Assembly (NCBI RefSeq): GCF_009914755.1
Contig: NC_060931.1
Source of the DNA: the human T2T-CHM13v2.0 reference genome, Homo sapiens
Reading direction: 5' to 3' (one strand)
DNA length: 64,000 nucleotides
Shown here piece by piece: positions 46,500 to 63,180 of this stretch. Numbering within the stretch: position 1 is the first letter of the stretch; every line of letters begins with the position of its first letter. Both the position numbers and the translations under genes were made by a program. The notes under the pieces are model-generated. The model was not told the DNA's origin. It ran no database searches and saw only the letters and a list, made by a program, of their open reading frames with translations.

Positions 46500-46652
46500 T
46501 AGAATCGGAGACTCTTAGAACTGGAAAGGACCACAGATATCAGGAAGCCCAAACTTCTCTCTTTTTCAGATGAAGAAACCAAGGCTCTGCGAAGTGGAGT
46601 GTTACATGCACAGTCACTTAGCTAGTGGTAAAGCCAGAACTTGAATCCAGTT
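46500..46652 (-). mobile_element. MIR (MIR3-like)
   Basis: ttagaactggaaaggacc...ttcagatgaagaaaccaaggct...agctagtggtaaagccagaacttgaatccag. Confidence 0.65.
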
Positions 46653-46843
46653 AATTTTGAAACTATAATATGTTGCCTTGCAAAATTGTATCATAGAAGG
46701 ACATAAAATCTGTGCATTTAGGAGGAAATCTAAACTCATATTATTTCAGCTTTTTAGTCTGTTTAGTAAGGGAGTTTCACCAATTCAGTTACTACTGATA
46801 ATAAGCTTCCCCTTGTTTTATTTTTGTTTCTTTAAGAAATCTG

Positions 46844-47185
<342 letters not shown>

Positions 47186-49795
47186 TCAGACTCTGTGCTT
47201 TATAAATTCACGTTTGTTAGGGCAGACAGAAAATTCTGTTTCTTTGTACCCAAAAAGATTTAAGCATTTGTCGTGCATTGATCTGGGGTTTTGAGGGGGA
47301 AACATCCTTGGTTATGTCTGTGGGATTTGTGGTGCCTTCTGGAGGATTAAGATGTCATTGCCTCTAGTCAGGGCATGCTCTCTTTTCCAGTTGGTGGGTC
47401 TTATTTTGTTTACATCTGCTTCCTCCCAGCACTGACAGATTTGAAATGTGTGCCTGAAGTGCACCTTTGTGCCAGGCCCATAGTTTTGACTGGGGCCCTC
47501 ATGACCCATTGGCCATGGTCACTTTGCCTGGGAGCAATCATCATTTCTAGGGTATAGGAACTTGAAGCAAAGAATTTGCTGCATTTTCAAAAAGCAGGAA
47601 GGGGTGGTTAAAGTGTGGATGGAGGGGTAATCTCCCCCCACCCCCGCCCCAGCCCCTGTTTTGTAAGAGAGGCTATCCAACTCATGTATTTCCAGCCCCG
47701 AGTGTTGGCAAAAACATTTTCATATTGTTCTCACTTTTCTGACTGAGTCCAAAAAGTTCCTGGGAAACAGGTTTTGTTTTTCCTCGGGGGATGTTTGGAT
47801 TTGAAAACACCAAATTTCAACTGCAATCGTTTGTCCAAGTGTGGTGTTGAAAGTACTGTCTAGATCTGAGTAAATCAGAATCTGAAGAAATATAGCCAAC
47901 GTCACTCATTAACAATGGGTTTTCCAAGGGTGAGTGACATGAGGCCATTTGTCTGCGGTGAGGTAGATGCGCTCCTCTTTTCAGTGGCCCCCTGAGGCCA
48001 CCAATGTCACGGGCAAGCACATCCTCGGTTTGGGGCCATTAGCTGAATGCCCTCTGTTTCATCTTGCCTTTTCTAGGCCGCCCTCTCCTGTCTTTAAGGT
48101 CAGGGTTTCAGAATGTCCTTCAGTTCTGCTTTAGTCAGGACTAAAAGCCTTCCACAGTGCCTTGACGAGGAGGACATATAAGGAAGAGGCACAATTCAAG
48201 TAAAGTCAGTCTGTATTGATTTTGTGAACCCGGGGAACAGTAAGCCAGCCTTCAGTGCCGCCTGGCTGCCGGGCGCATGCCGTTGTCAGACCGATGAGCG
48301 AGGCTCCATGCAGACAGGTGACATATTCGAGGTGGCAAGAGCAGCAAGAGCTTCTAGATCCTGTCATTTTGCTTCTGACAGTGTCTTTGTGTCTTTGTAC
48401 AGTTGGAGGACCTGACTGACACGTGAGCCCCCCTTGGCAGCCATCATCTTCAGAATACTGCTTTCCTCCCACGGGAGGAGCTTGTACCTCTCTCATGTGT
48501 ACAGGGTGCTTATGTGCTCATGAGCAGGCAAAGGAGCAGGGGACGGTTTCTTCCAGATCACCCTTCCAGGTGCTCTGGAGTTGATGTGGCCTGGCCACCT
48601 TTTCATCATCGCCCCTCCAGTTCCATTGCAGTGATGCATTGCAGGCTCTCCTCAGGAAAATGGTGATTTCAGTATTATATTAATAATTAGCAATTTTTTT
48701 TTTTGCAGTTTTAAAAAATTGACTCTTACCCTCTGCATTTGAGAAAAGTCCTTATTATACGTTTCTGTATTGTATCATCTCCCAGTTTGATGTGTATGTA
48801 TCCCGATTGTATTTCACTATCATTACGGAGATTTTTATTGTGTCAAGACAAAACCCTGTTTCTGTCTCCCCAGCCCCATGTACTTTGAGCTTAGTCATTC
48901 GGGCATCATTTCTTCCAGCATTCACTGCTCCTCAGTGTTTCATTTCCATTTAATTTTTCTATTTAGTTTTTAGCAGTTCTCGTTGGCTAATTTTAAAAAG
49001 ATTTGTACTTTGATTTGCTTATAATGAGTGTTTTAAGTTACCTGCTGACTGCGCAGTTGTTTGACTTTGTATCAGGTTTCCGGATTTAAAGCCAGTGTTC
49101 TGTTGAAAATTTAAATACTATAGAAGGCTGAAAATATGAATCCTCTGACAGCTCCTCATAACAATTCCCAGGGTAGCAGCTGTTTATATTTTCTTATTTT
49201 TTTCTTTCTATGCACATAAAAGTGTGTTTGTCCTCATAAAGAGTGTTGACTGCTATAGACGGAGCGTGCAGACCACAGGCGTATACCTGGAGGCTTCTCC
49301 CACCTTTGATTATTAACACTGCTCGCCTTTAACATTATTTGCTTTTGATTGCTCTTTTTGTTATACAAAAATAACCAAGCTATTAGAATCTTTTATGATT
49401 TAAAATAGAACATTAGTTTTATTATATATTGAAAATAGTTCCTTAAACTTCATAATGGCTTCCAATTATTTCACACTTGCTTGCGTTATATACTATTATT
49501 TTATTGCAGTATGATGTCCAATTATGGAAACAACTCCAGAGAGACATGATTTTTCTGGCTTAACATGTAATTGTTTATTGAGTATTTTTCTCATTATGAT
49601 TTTTTTCCTTTTGAATTGCAGTTATAAAGGAACTTGCTTAGATTTTGTAAATTATTATGTGGTTAAAGAAATCAACGATTTATCAAGTGCTCACTCTGTG
49701 GAAGGCATCGTGTGCAGAATCGAAGTAAAGGCAAAGATTGAAAGAAATCATTCCTCAAAAAAGTTGTGTGTATTAAAATATGAAGAGCAGTAAGG

Positions 49796-50101
49796 TTTTT
49801 TGTTGTTGTTGTTGTTATTTTGAGACAGAGTCTCACTCTGTCACTCAGGCTGGAGTGCGGTGGCACAATCTCAGCTCGCTGCCACTTCCGCCTCCCGGTT
49901 CAAGCGATTCTCCTGCCTCAGCCTCCTGAGTAGCTGGGATTACAGGTGGCTGCCACCAGGCTGGGCTGATTTTTGTATTTTCAGTAGAGACGGGGTTTCA
50001 CCATGTTGGTCAGACTGATCTCGAACTCCGGACCTCAGGTGATCCGCCCACCTCGGCCTCCCAAAGTGCTGGGATTACAGGAGTGAGCCACCACACCTGG
50101 C
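49796..50101 (-). mobile_element. AluS with (TTG)n tail
   Basis: Full dimer. Confidence 0.92.
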
Positions 50102-50329
50102 GTAGGATTAAGTTTTATTGTCATTCAAATATGAACATATTTAATCTTGTATAATAAAATATAATTTATTCTATAAGAAACATAATGTGTTGCTTGCTAA
50201 TACCAAGGACATTAAGTGTAGACTAGAAGTTCATCAGAGCAGATGGCTAGCAGGGGCTGTGAGACTGGATAGGGGTTAACCGTGAGGCTGAAAGATGGGA
50301 TTCGAAAGTGCACCTGTGTGGGAAAGGGG

Positions 50330-50775
50330 AGAGCGCAGGATCTTGGCGCACTGGACGGTGGCTGAAGGAGAGGGAGAGGGGGGCAGGCCTTGATGAGGAG
50401 TTGGGAGGGATTCTGTCTGTGATGAGAAGCCACTGGAGAGCTTTAAACCAGCTTTTGTGAACACGGGGAGTAGCAGTGTTGTTATAAGTAGTGATTATTG
50501 TCAGCATGATCGATTTACATTTTAAGAGCTCACTCAGGGTGCTGGCGGACAGTGGATTCTGTAACCATTATTTTGTTTTAAATAGCGTCACATAAGCAAT
50601 AATTTACCCATGAACCACCAGTTAATATTGGGGGAATGAAAACAATGGATGCTGTGATTCTGAGCTTAGATGATGGGGACAGGACAGAGTGGGAGTGGAA
50701 GGGGGTGGGTGTGATTTTCGTCCTGTTGAGCTGGAGGTAATGGTAGGACAGCCAGGTAGACAAGGCCCTCAGGCA
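50330..50775 (-). mobile_element. L2 fragments
   Basis: gagaagccactggagagctttaa...atgatcgatttacattttaagagctcactc; tgttgagctggagg...ccaggtaga. Confidence 0.55.
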
Positions 50776-51089
50776 ACAAGGCCATTTAGGTTAATTTGTG
50801 TAGCTGCTTCTTGAAGAAGAAACAAATGAAGGCCGTATTACCTTCTGCCTTCTTTTTTGAAAGCATCTCTGAAGATAAAGTTCAGGTGATTGCAGGAAAG
50901 TAGAAGTCATTCTGACATGCATTTCCGAAGCATCAACTTGGTTGTCTGAGAGCATTTCCCTTCCAGGATTATAATTGTGAGTGGTAAGCAGCACTAGTGT
51001 ATTGGTGACTTACTCCAGCTGTATCCAAGGACAGGTAAAACTTCCCACTGTCTCTTTCTAGAGGCTACTTTGTAGCATTTCAGATGTGA

Positions 51090-51784
<695 letters not shown>

Positions 51785-52964
51785 CAGAGAGCTCATTTCT
51801 AACAAGCTATTATCACCATCCTCACTGCTTTCTAAACCTTATAGGTATGTAGCTTCAAAGTTTATATTTGAACGTTTTTCCTTTATTGATGACAAATTAA
51901 GGATAATGAAATGAAGTAATGGCAAGCGATGAAATAATGGCAAAAGATTTTATTTTCCTACAAAGTATTTATTACATGGATGTTTTATAGAAAATCAATG
52001 TAAAGGTTGATAGACTTGTCCTTTAAAAAAGATACATTTCTTCAAATATAGGGAACAGCAGAATGCTCCCTGTCACCCCCTTTGTAAAAACCTCTTTCAG
52101 CTTTGCAGCCATCATGGCTGGGGATAAGTAGATTTATTTCTTCTGTTCCTAAAGATTATTATAGATGAAAATCATTTGGTGTGGAGATTCTTCATTTACA
52201 GCTACGTAGGATGTAGCACTTATCAAAATTTCTGCAAATCAAGGAGAATAGTGTTCATGAACCTACCAGTGAGATATTTTAAAAGACCGCGTTCTGGAAA
52301 AGTGAAGGAGGATAAAGAAGCAGTGTTCTTCTGAGGGTGCTACCAACATTTGGGACTCTCAGAGGCCCTGTAGCCCAGTCCCCATTCCACTCCATGGGTA
52401 ACACCTCATGGTTCTTTCATGGGTGTTCAGCATTCTCTTGAATGCTTCCCCTAAAGGCAGTTTGTTCTCCTGTGAGGCAGCCTAGTCCATTTCACTTGAA
52501 AATTTTCTTCTGCAATATGCATTGTTTGGTCCTGGTTCTGTCCATGATGCCATTTCCAATCAATCTGCTTCCTCTTCAGTGTGAGAAGCATCAGGTCCTT
52601 GAAGGTGCTCACAGTTGTACTTGGGGCAAGGCTCTGGAACTCCCTTTTCTGCATGGTCCAGTGAATCTGCATAGAGCCGGACTGGGAACAGTGCCTCAAA
52701 CAGGAGCTCCCTGTTGCTGGCTTTCGTGAATATGTTGTTTTTGGGGGTAGCTCCTAATCTGGTGAACATCACCACTGCCTCCCACCACCGCATCCTGTCC
52801 AACCTACATGTCGGTAGAGGACCCACCCTAGGAAGGAATGAAGGAAAGAATTTCTAAGGTTGGGTCTTGGGAAGCAGAGACAGAGAAGGATCCGCAGCCT
52901 TATGGACAGCCTCCCTCAGCAGTGGGGCTTGCTGAGGCTCTTTAACCCTCCCAGCAGTGCTGTA

Positions 52965-53110
52965 GAACAGCTCTGTGCAAACTTGAATGTGCATGGGGCA
53001 GGGCTGGGCGGCACGGGGAGGGGGGTCCGCGAATGTACCGTCCTAACAAGCTCCTGGATGATGCTAGGGTTGCTGGGCCGTGGACCACACTGGGAATAGT
53101 GAGGCTGTAG
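52965..53110. mobile_element. MER5-type fragment
   Basis: ctaacaagctcc.ggatgatgcta...gctgggccgtggaccacact. Confidence 0.55.
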
Positions 53111-53986
53111 CATACATCGAAGTCATAGTGTGAGCTGGTAGATTGTTTGGGACCAGAAAGATCAAAACTTACTTAGAAAAAAATGTCAAAGTCCTCTTTT
53201 CCCTGCTCCTCCTCCTCTAACTTAAAGAATTAAGGGCTGTGTGATAGCCAGAAAGCTACTTTCATGGATTCATTTTAGCAGCATCTCTGGTGCTCACGCA
53301 TAAGCTAGTCAGGGAGATTGCAGGGGGTTGGCAGCACCCAGGTCCCCTGGGCCATAGCAGGTTGTGTGAACAGACTTGAGGAGAAGTTTTGTCTTCTGTC
53401 CTCAGGAGTACAAACAGGCATGTCTGAATGCTGACAGAGAAGTCATCGCCAAAGGATAGTAGATATTACCCAAGGCAAAGCCTGCTTCTCAGTGAACTGT
53501 TGCCTATGGGACAAGAATGATACTGGGAAAACAGTGATTGCTTTTAGGATATTTGATAAAGCTCTAAAGGAATAGAAGAGCTTCCACCTACACTACACTC
53601 CAAGTGACAGCTGTGTGAACTTGGTGGAAAACTTGACTGAGGTCGCTGAGACTGCTGGTGGAAATTAATCACCCTCCTGCTCTGCAGTGATATTGGCAAA
53701 AGATGAGCTTAGGGCCAGAGTGGTCCACATGCCTGGGTGTCTGTGGTCCCTCCCCTGCAGAACAGAATGAAACAGTCACTGCCATAAGATATCACAGACA
53801 CTTCTTTCTACTAGGGTAACTTGGAGCCTTTCTTTGGCTACCTGGACCCTGATGAGAGGGTAATCTGGAGGAATAGGAAGTGGGCACAGGGATAGTGCAT
53901 GGTACAGGTGACTCGGGTGCGGAGAGTATGTGTGTGTAGGGCCAGAGCTAAGAAAAAGCCTAGGATAAACTCGACAGATGGAAAGT

Positions 53987-54425
<439 letters not shown>

Positions 54426-55389
54426 TGATTGTCCAATGTGTGCCCCAAATCAGATGAAATACAATCATCAGATGCAAAGCAGGAAGGTGGTAGATGACGG
54501 ACAGTATGTAAGTCGGTCTTTGCTGCTAGTGGCTTTACTTCATCCTTGAGAAAATCATCTTTGGTAAAGTCATAAGTGTTGAAACTCGAAACTAGGGTTT
54601 ACCCTAGACCCACCCATTGGCCAACCTTAATGGGCACACTGACTTTTTAAGAGTGTGAAAGTTATTAGCTAAATGACTTGTTCCATGGCCCCATTATATC
54701 ACAGACATGTTGATGTCTCTGTTATCAAAAGACGTGCAAAACACCCCAAAATCGTTGATGACATTAACAGGTAAAATGACAGGGGCGCGTTGCAACACAG
54801 AATGTGTGCTTCAGATGGTGACCAGGGCTGGATTAGCCTCATGGTTATGGCCCATTTGGGGTGTGGACATCAGCTTCTCGGATGAAGGTGTTAGGGTTAG
54901 CAGAGGGCAGCGGTAGGAAGGAAGGTGTCAGATCTATAATGCACCCCATCTGTGAGCCTCGCGGCTTTGCCTTCCACACAATATTTAGTAATGTAAATAC
55001 TGGAAGCAGGGCTGCCTGTATCTTTATTTTATTCAACTTAATGTGAAAAGCAGGATGGTTAGATACTGGGAAGACTATCTTTTTAATTTTTTTACACCAA
55101 ACATCTAAAATTATTCCTATTCAGTGCCTTGGTCTCACCCTTGGGAAAATTTCCAAAATAAGCTAACATTTTCCCCATTGTCTTCCCGCCTAAGGAATGT
55201 GTGCTGTGGCTTTTAGGTCAATGATAGCCTTGTCCTTCAATTTCATCTTTACTCAGAGTAGGCGTGCTGTGTGGTGCAAATCCATACATGTTTGTTTGAA
55301 AATCCTTTTAGAACCTTGCCTTGTTAGGACCTCCTACACCTGTGTCACAGACACAGAAGTACCGTGTTTAAGTATTGAGCATACACTAG

Positions 55390-55681
<292 letters not shown>

Positions 55682-56777
55682 TGCATACACTGGTTTTAAG
55701 GGTGGCTGTGCTTGGGCTGTGTATGTGCGTAGTACACAGTGTCATGTGAGCACTTAGTTAACAGCCAGGCAGGGGTGGACAGGCCAGGACAGCTAAGAAT
55801 CGCGGAAGGAGTCTGGGGGTAGCAGGAAGGCTGCACTGGGAATGGAAAGCAAGCAGGAGATGATCTTATCCAGAGGAAGCAGCTAATAAATATTGAGGCT
55901 GGCAGGAGGATACAAGCAAACAAACAAAAAGTGGGGCCGTGTCTTTAAAAGCTTTCTCCGAAACCAATATTTGGAGTTTTCCTGTGTTCTTGGAAGTGAC
56001 TGGAGATTGCATCCTTCATACCTTATTTCTCCTGTCAGGTCTCTACATATCACATCACAGGATTCAGCTGATATTGGCCTAAGACCCTTGGGGTCGGTGC
56101 AGTGGGAACGTGTTATAGATATAAATGCCTTACCGTTGATAACTCAGAATAAGATATAGGATATCATCATTAAGTCTGATTATCTAAGCTTATCTGTGAG
56201 CCTTACAGAAAACAAAAACGAAAGATCAGGACCACAGGTTCTTTGACTACCATTTCCCTATTTTTTTCATTTGTCCTGAACAGGGCCTAACACAAAGATA
56301 GGCACATGAGGCAGGGTAGTACAAATGAGTTTTTCCCCCGTATGAAGTGACAATCACATGGATTATATGTGACCTTGACATTGTTGAGTTTCTAAAGACT
56401 TTTTAAGGATGCCATACCCACCCCCAATAGATCACAACCTATTTCTCTCATTCTAATGTTGGTCATTTGATTACATAGTCCTTTGTGGCTCTGTTTGCTT
56501 GAGACTGCAAAATAAACAAAATGTTTGCAAGTCCAGGTTGACCCTAAAAGCTCTTCATTCTGTAGGCCAAAGCCATGATTCAGAGAACCTGTGGTCTCCA
56601 CAGTCAAGATTGTGGTTGATACACCCCCCTTGAAGGCAGATGTTTTGGTTTTAAGGCATCAGGAATGTGGGCATGTGCATCAGGATTGATGTGTTTTGGT
56701 GTGGGGTTTAGGAGCAATAAACTTGAAACAAGTTTAAGTACACTCAACTGCGGTGTGTTGCTTTTCCTTTAATCCCT

Positions 56778-56809
56778 AGCAGATTAACCCCTATCAGGGT
56801 TAATCTGCT
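56778..56809. repeat. Perfect 13-bp inverted repeat with a 6-nt spacer
   Basis: agcagattaaccc-ctatca-gggttaatctgct. Confidence 0.95.
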
Positions 56810-57531
56810 CAACTAGATGATAGCCAAACTAGCTTCTCTGATAACAGCAGCCTCTAATCCACTGGACTCCACACAGCTCTCCCAGTGGGCTGCTGGTGTT
56901 TTGGCAGATGCAATGGCTATTTTTTCCTATTTAGGATTTTGCTTTTAATAGGAACCCTGAAGGCCCTCAGAGGTTTGTGATACAGACTTCAGCCCACAGC
57001 TCAGCCTCCCAGATGGTAATTAATGTTTACACAACATGACAAGCACAAAATAGAATCTCTTCGAGCCCTGCCAAGCACCCATCATTCCCCCTGATCTTCC
57101 ACTCTTGCAGTGTTTGAAAATTAATTTGCCTTGAACAAACAGTGGGTTTTCCTCAATTTATTTGTACAGTTTCAGTGACCAAGAAGAAGAGCTGCAAGAC
57201 TGAATGTCATCCTTCCATTCGTTCAAGTAATTGAATCTTCTAATGGAACAAACTGGTCTCTGCTTAATGATTTGAAGAAAAGAGGGAGAGGAGGAAAATA
57301 AAGTGAAGTGTATGTTAGAGAAAGTGGACATTTTTCTGCAAAACATCACTGAATGTAGAATTTTGGAGATACAATCAAAACTTAGCAGGGGGAATTTAAA
57401 GTATTGCTAAATTAACTCAGTAGGGCGGTTGGGGTTTTAATACGTATATACAATGTGCAGTCTTTGCTTAAAAAGAGATTTTGTTTGAGGCAACAGAATA
57501 GACAGGTGAAGGTAATTAAATAATGAACATT

Positions 57532-58160
<629 letters not shown>

Positions 58161-58794
58161 ATAGACATTGCTACCAGCTTGAGGTAATTGCATGTTGATT
58201 CACAGAAATTTGATATTTCCATATGTCTCTGGGATTGCCAGTGTTTAAACATTTCAGTCCCTTATTAATGTTCGCACTTTAAAGTCTGGGTTAATTTTCT
58301 TATTTGACTGTGATCTGTAGTCTTTCTGTGTGGTGTGCTCTTTGTGGCTTTGTCATTTGGACAGTAACGAGAGAAGCTAACTGGAAGATGGAATAATAAA
58401 AATAGGACATGTCTCTTTCTAAGTCATAAGGATTAGATATTCAAAAAGATACGGATGAATGGATGATGCATGGATGGATGGATGTTCTAGGAGCTAGTGC
58501 CCCCCACATAGTTTTCTTGATGCCTTTGGAAGCTTCTTCAGGTTTGCTGCGGTAATGACCTTGTAGTTAGTAAGTCCTGTTAGGAGACTTCGTAACAGAA
58601 TATGAAGATGTGAAGACCAGAAGTGCAGAAGCTGTACTTTGGGAGAGTTGGTTTTTTGTGTATTTTTGTTTTTGTTTTGTATTCCTCCTCCTCCTTCATC
58701 AATATTCACCCTTTCCTTTCTGTCCAAATAATACCCAGTTAGAACCAGTTAGAAATTCTGAAGAACAGGTGGAAGGTTTAATATGCACCATGTT

Positions 58795-58915
58795 CTGATG
58801 TGTGCCTGTAGTCCCATCTCCTCAGGAGACTGAGTGGGGAGGATCACTTCACCATGTGAGTTTGAGGCTGCAATGGGCTATGATCACTCCAGCGTGGGCG
58901 ACAGAGCAAGACCCT
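58795..58915 (+). mobile_element. Ancient Alu monomer (FAM/FRAM-like)
   Basis: tgcctgtagtccca...ggaggatcactt...gagtttgaggctgca...gcgacagagcaagaccc. Confidence 0.75.
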
Positions 58916-59039
58916 TTTAACTTTTTTTTTTTTTAAACACATGCACCATATTTTTAAAAATTAAAACTATGCACCATACACAGAGTCAAATATTTATCTG
59001 TCCTCTTGGTGAAGAGATTTTTAAAAAATCTATTCAATA

Positions 59040-59380
<341 letters not shown>

Positions 59381-60059
59381 TCAGTTGGCTTATTTTAATG
59401 GTAGAGGTGTATTGTCCGCGAAAAGAGTTAATTTTAAAATATAGTATCTCTTTTTTTACTTTAACAATAATAATACTCTTATTTACTTTAATAAAAATTT
59501 AATAAGTATACTTTACTAATTACAGTAAATAATACTATTATTTAATAACTATATATAATTATTTGCTGTGTTTAATAACAAAGTGAACATTGACTTTAAT
59601 TTTTATATTGTGCTTAACTTTCCAAATTTTCTATAATATTCATTTGTTTTGCACTTTTCCTCCTCCTCCTCCTCAATTTTGAAAGTTAAAAGCACAATAT
59701 GAGAATTAAAGTCAATGTTTATTTCTGGATGATGGGACTGCAATTAATGTTTATCTTTCCAGTCTCTTTTCTGTGCATACTTGTATACATTTACACACGT
59801 AGTTTTCACTATTGAGATCACACTGATAATAGTGCACTTTATTTAATGGCAATTTTGTCATGAGATATTTTCTGTGACATTAAATACTTCTTCACAATAG
59901 TTTTGGGAATATTGATTGATTACTTACTTATTATGTGTTGTGCATTGTGGAAAGCACTTTACATGGCCTAATTTATTTCCACAACCACCCTAGGAGGTTG
60001 TTACTGCATTTGTGCAGTAAGTCATTGGACTTTTAGAAGTGTAGGAGTTCATCAGAGTA

Positions 60060-60748
60060 TACCGAATCTCAACCCTACCAGACCCAGCATAATAATAAGA
60101 AATATTTTATAGCGCATTCATTTTTTACTTTCTGGAATGAAATAGATACTTAATGTACCCATCTACATACATAATTTAAAAGTATATATAAAGCCCTAAT
60201 AAAATATAAAGGAGAAATAAGTGGAAACCAAGTCATTTATAATAACATACCTTTAAGTATGTAAGTGCTTGTTTATATTAGAAGACAATGTTTGACTTTA
60301 TATCTAGAATGGTATCTAAATACTTCTACTACAAATGCAGACTCACACAAATACATGGTCATGGAGATTCAGATACCTGGAGCAGCCTTACCATTGTGTC
60401 ATGATTTTCCCAAATAGCCATCAACCCTTGCATATGACCCAGATATAACAAAGTACAGTCCCTGCATTCCTGGAAAAATCAGCGTATATTAAAACCCATG
60501 CAAAGAATTACTTTGTGTTTATATACAAAAACAGAGGTGGTGGGTTCTAGGGTTTTCAGCTGCACAAATGTCGGGTGGAATTTAGGAAGTGCATTGAGAT
60601 GTTGTCGTGTGGGGTTGCTGCACACGTTGCAGCAAATCAGACATCCCTAAGAGCCACCAGTGACCTGCAGTCATAGTGATAGCCACACACTCCCACAAAT
60701 TTCCATCTCTTCCCATAGGGAGTAGTATCCTCCAATGGGAACTATCTA
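60060..60748. mobile_element. MER20B-like hAT-Charlie fossil
   Basis: tctcaaccct.ccagaccca...aatataaaggagaaataa...ctacaaatgcagact...tgcattcctggaaaa...cccacaaatttcca motifs occur in order. Confidence 0.7.
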
Positions 60749-60849
60749 TTACGTGACTGACTTAGTTCGCGCTTTTTTGCACTGGAAAACACTTTGAAAA
60801 AAGCAATTTTGTGGGGGAAGCCATTTCTGAAGGTTTACAAGCCCTGTAA

Positions 60850-62175
60850 TTTTCTTGTTAGGTTCATTCCCAGGTGTTATGGTTTTTGTTATTATGAAGT
60901 GGATCCTTTCTAAACTTCATTTTCTGACTGTTGCTGGTGTATAGAAAAGCTGAGGTTGGTTGTGGTTTTTCTTTATTTGGATATCTCATTGCACTCTCTT
61001 ATTAGTTCTAATATTTTCTCAGCTGGTTGCCTCTGTTTTCCAGCTAGGTAATTATATTTTTTGTAAACAGTTTTTCCTCTTTCTTTTGTTGTATAATATT
61101 TGCTGTTGGTTTTCAATTTAGTTGACAGGAATAATTTGTTTCTTAAAGGTTTGGCCAACATTGTCTGTGAAACAGATACCTTTTGGGAGGGGAGGTGAAG
61201 GTTTGGATTATTGAGTACTTTTTCCTTTTATTTTGATGATCCCGTTGGGTTTTTAAGTCAATTTTAGCAATTTATATTTTTTCATAAAATCCATTTTATT
61301 TTCAAATTTATTACACATTCACAGATTACATTTTCTTATTTTTTTATGCATATATACACACACACACACCCCAGTTCCCTGTCTATCCAGTTCTCACTCC
61401 TCCCAAGCCCCTAAACAGGTAGTCACTGCTGTTACTGTTTTCTTGAGTATTCTTCCATGGCTTCTTTTTTTTTTTTTTTTTTTTTTTTTTGGAAACAGGG
61501 TCTTGCTCTGTCACTCAGGCTTGAGCGTAAGTAGTGCAGTCTCAGCTCACTGCACCCTCCGCCCAAGTAGCTGGGATCACAGGCAGACACCACCACACCT
61601 GGCTAATTTTTGTATTTTTAGCAGAGATGGAGTTTCACCATGTTGGCCAGGCTGGTGTTGAACTTCTGACCTGAAGTGATCCACCTGCCTCGGCCTCCCA
61701 AAGTGCTAGGATTACAGGCGTGAGCCGCTGCGCCCAGCCACACGGCTTCTTTGTACGTAAAATAAGATGAATATATATATTATTTCCCTCCATTTTCCAC
61801 AAAAGATAGTAAATGCTCTACGTTGTACATTCGGCATTCTTTTTTACAGCTGCAAGGTGTTCCACTGTGTGGATCTGCAAACATACGTAACCAGTCTCCT
61901 AATGGTTACATTTAGGTGGCTTCCAAACTTGGTATTCAAACCATGGTACTATTTCATTGTGTCTGTAGACTAAATCCTTAACACACCACACCAAGGGAAC
62001 TCCATTTGTTATTTTGCTAAACCTCCACAGAGGTTGTAGAGTTTGCATTCTACTAGTAAAGTACAAAAAAAGGGCCCATTTTCCCCAGGCAACTTGTATC
62101 AAACCTATATCAAAATGAAACCAATTTTTCCTAATCTCTTAAAGTTTGTTTATTGAGGTACAATTTACATGCAAT
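60850..62175 (-). mobile_element. Degraded old L1M fragments interrupted by an Alu
   Basis: ttgctggtgtatagaaaagct, ctctcttattagttctaata, aacctccacagaggttgta motifs. Confidence 0.5.
61465..61739 (-). mobile_element. Alu with an internal deletion
   Basis: T tail; right arm lacks the ggttcaagcgattctcctgcctcagcc segment; TSD ca(t/c)ggcttcttt. Confidence 0.9.
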
Positions 62176-62847
62176 AAACTCACCCTTTTTACCGTAAAGT
62201 ACGCAATGTAATTTGAATTTGCATGTATTTTAGTATAAGCATGATGAACTATTTTTATAATCACAAGAAGAGAGAGTTTTAAACCCCAAAATGTAATGAA
62301 TACAACATTTAAATAAGACTACTCAATTTGTACATTCTTATGTCTTTCAAATTCAGCAACTTTCATTCTTTCCTTTATCCTTTGGCAAATTCAGAGTATG
62401 CAGTGCAATACCAAGCGATTTCTTAAAATGTGTTGCTGCCAATTTTGGAGAAGTACAGTAAGACAAATTGACTGTCAAGATGGAAAAGCTTAACTGGGAA
62501 GATACATTTATTGAATAATTGAAAGGAAGAGGAAATGCATTACCGATTAGCCACAAAAATGCCTGACGCCTAACCTGTGCCTCAAGAGACTCTTGTAAAT
62601 GGGGAGTCATAAAACTGTTTCAGCCCCCGAAGTTCTTACCAGCTCAAACTCATCACTGCTTTGTTTATAGGTTGCAGTACCAGAGCAACGATGGACTGAT
62701 TGCTTTCAGGGCTGGCTGAAGTGCAGTGTTACAGCCACTCTTTGTAGCTTTACTAACCCTCTACACTTTAAGTCTGATGTACTTAAATATTTTAACTGAA
62801 TCCTGGATTTATCATTACCTGCTTTGCTTTGAGACTTCTGCTTTTTA

Positions 62848-63180
62848 GGAGGCAGCATAGTATAGATTGGAGAAAAGGCAGTTGGTGTTGGCAGAGTTGG
62901 GACTGGAACTCAAGCCTTCTGGTTTACAAAACAAGGACGTGACTTCCAGCAAGCAAGTTCCTTCACTTCTCTGGGCATATTCCCTATCTGGTCAGAGAGT
63001 GTTAGATTAGATCCTGCTACTCAAAATGTGATCCTCACATCAGCAGCCTCAGCCTTACCTAGAAGATCCTCAGAAAGGCAGAATCTAGAGCCGCATCCCA
63101 GAGCTGTGGAATCTGGATGGGGATTCTAATCAGATGTTCAGGTGATTTGAACATGCATTAAAGTTAAAGGAGTGCCGTAC
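62848..63180. mobile_element. MIR fragment followed by a MER5B-like element
   Basis: gaggcagcatagtatag...cttcacttctctgggc; tgctactcaaaatgtg.tcc...gcagaatct...caggtgattt...gcattaaagtt. Confidence 0.6.
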
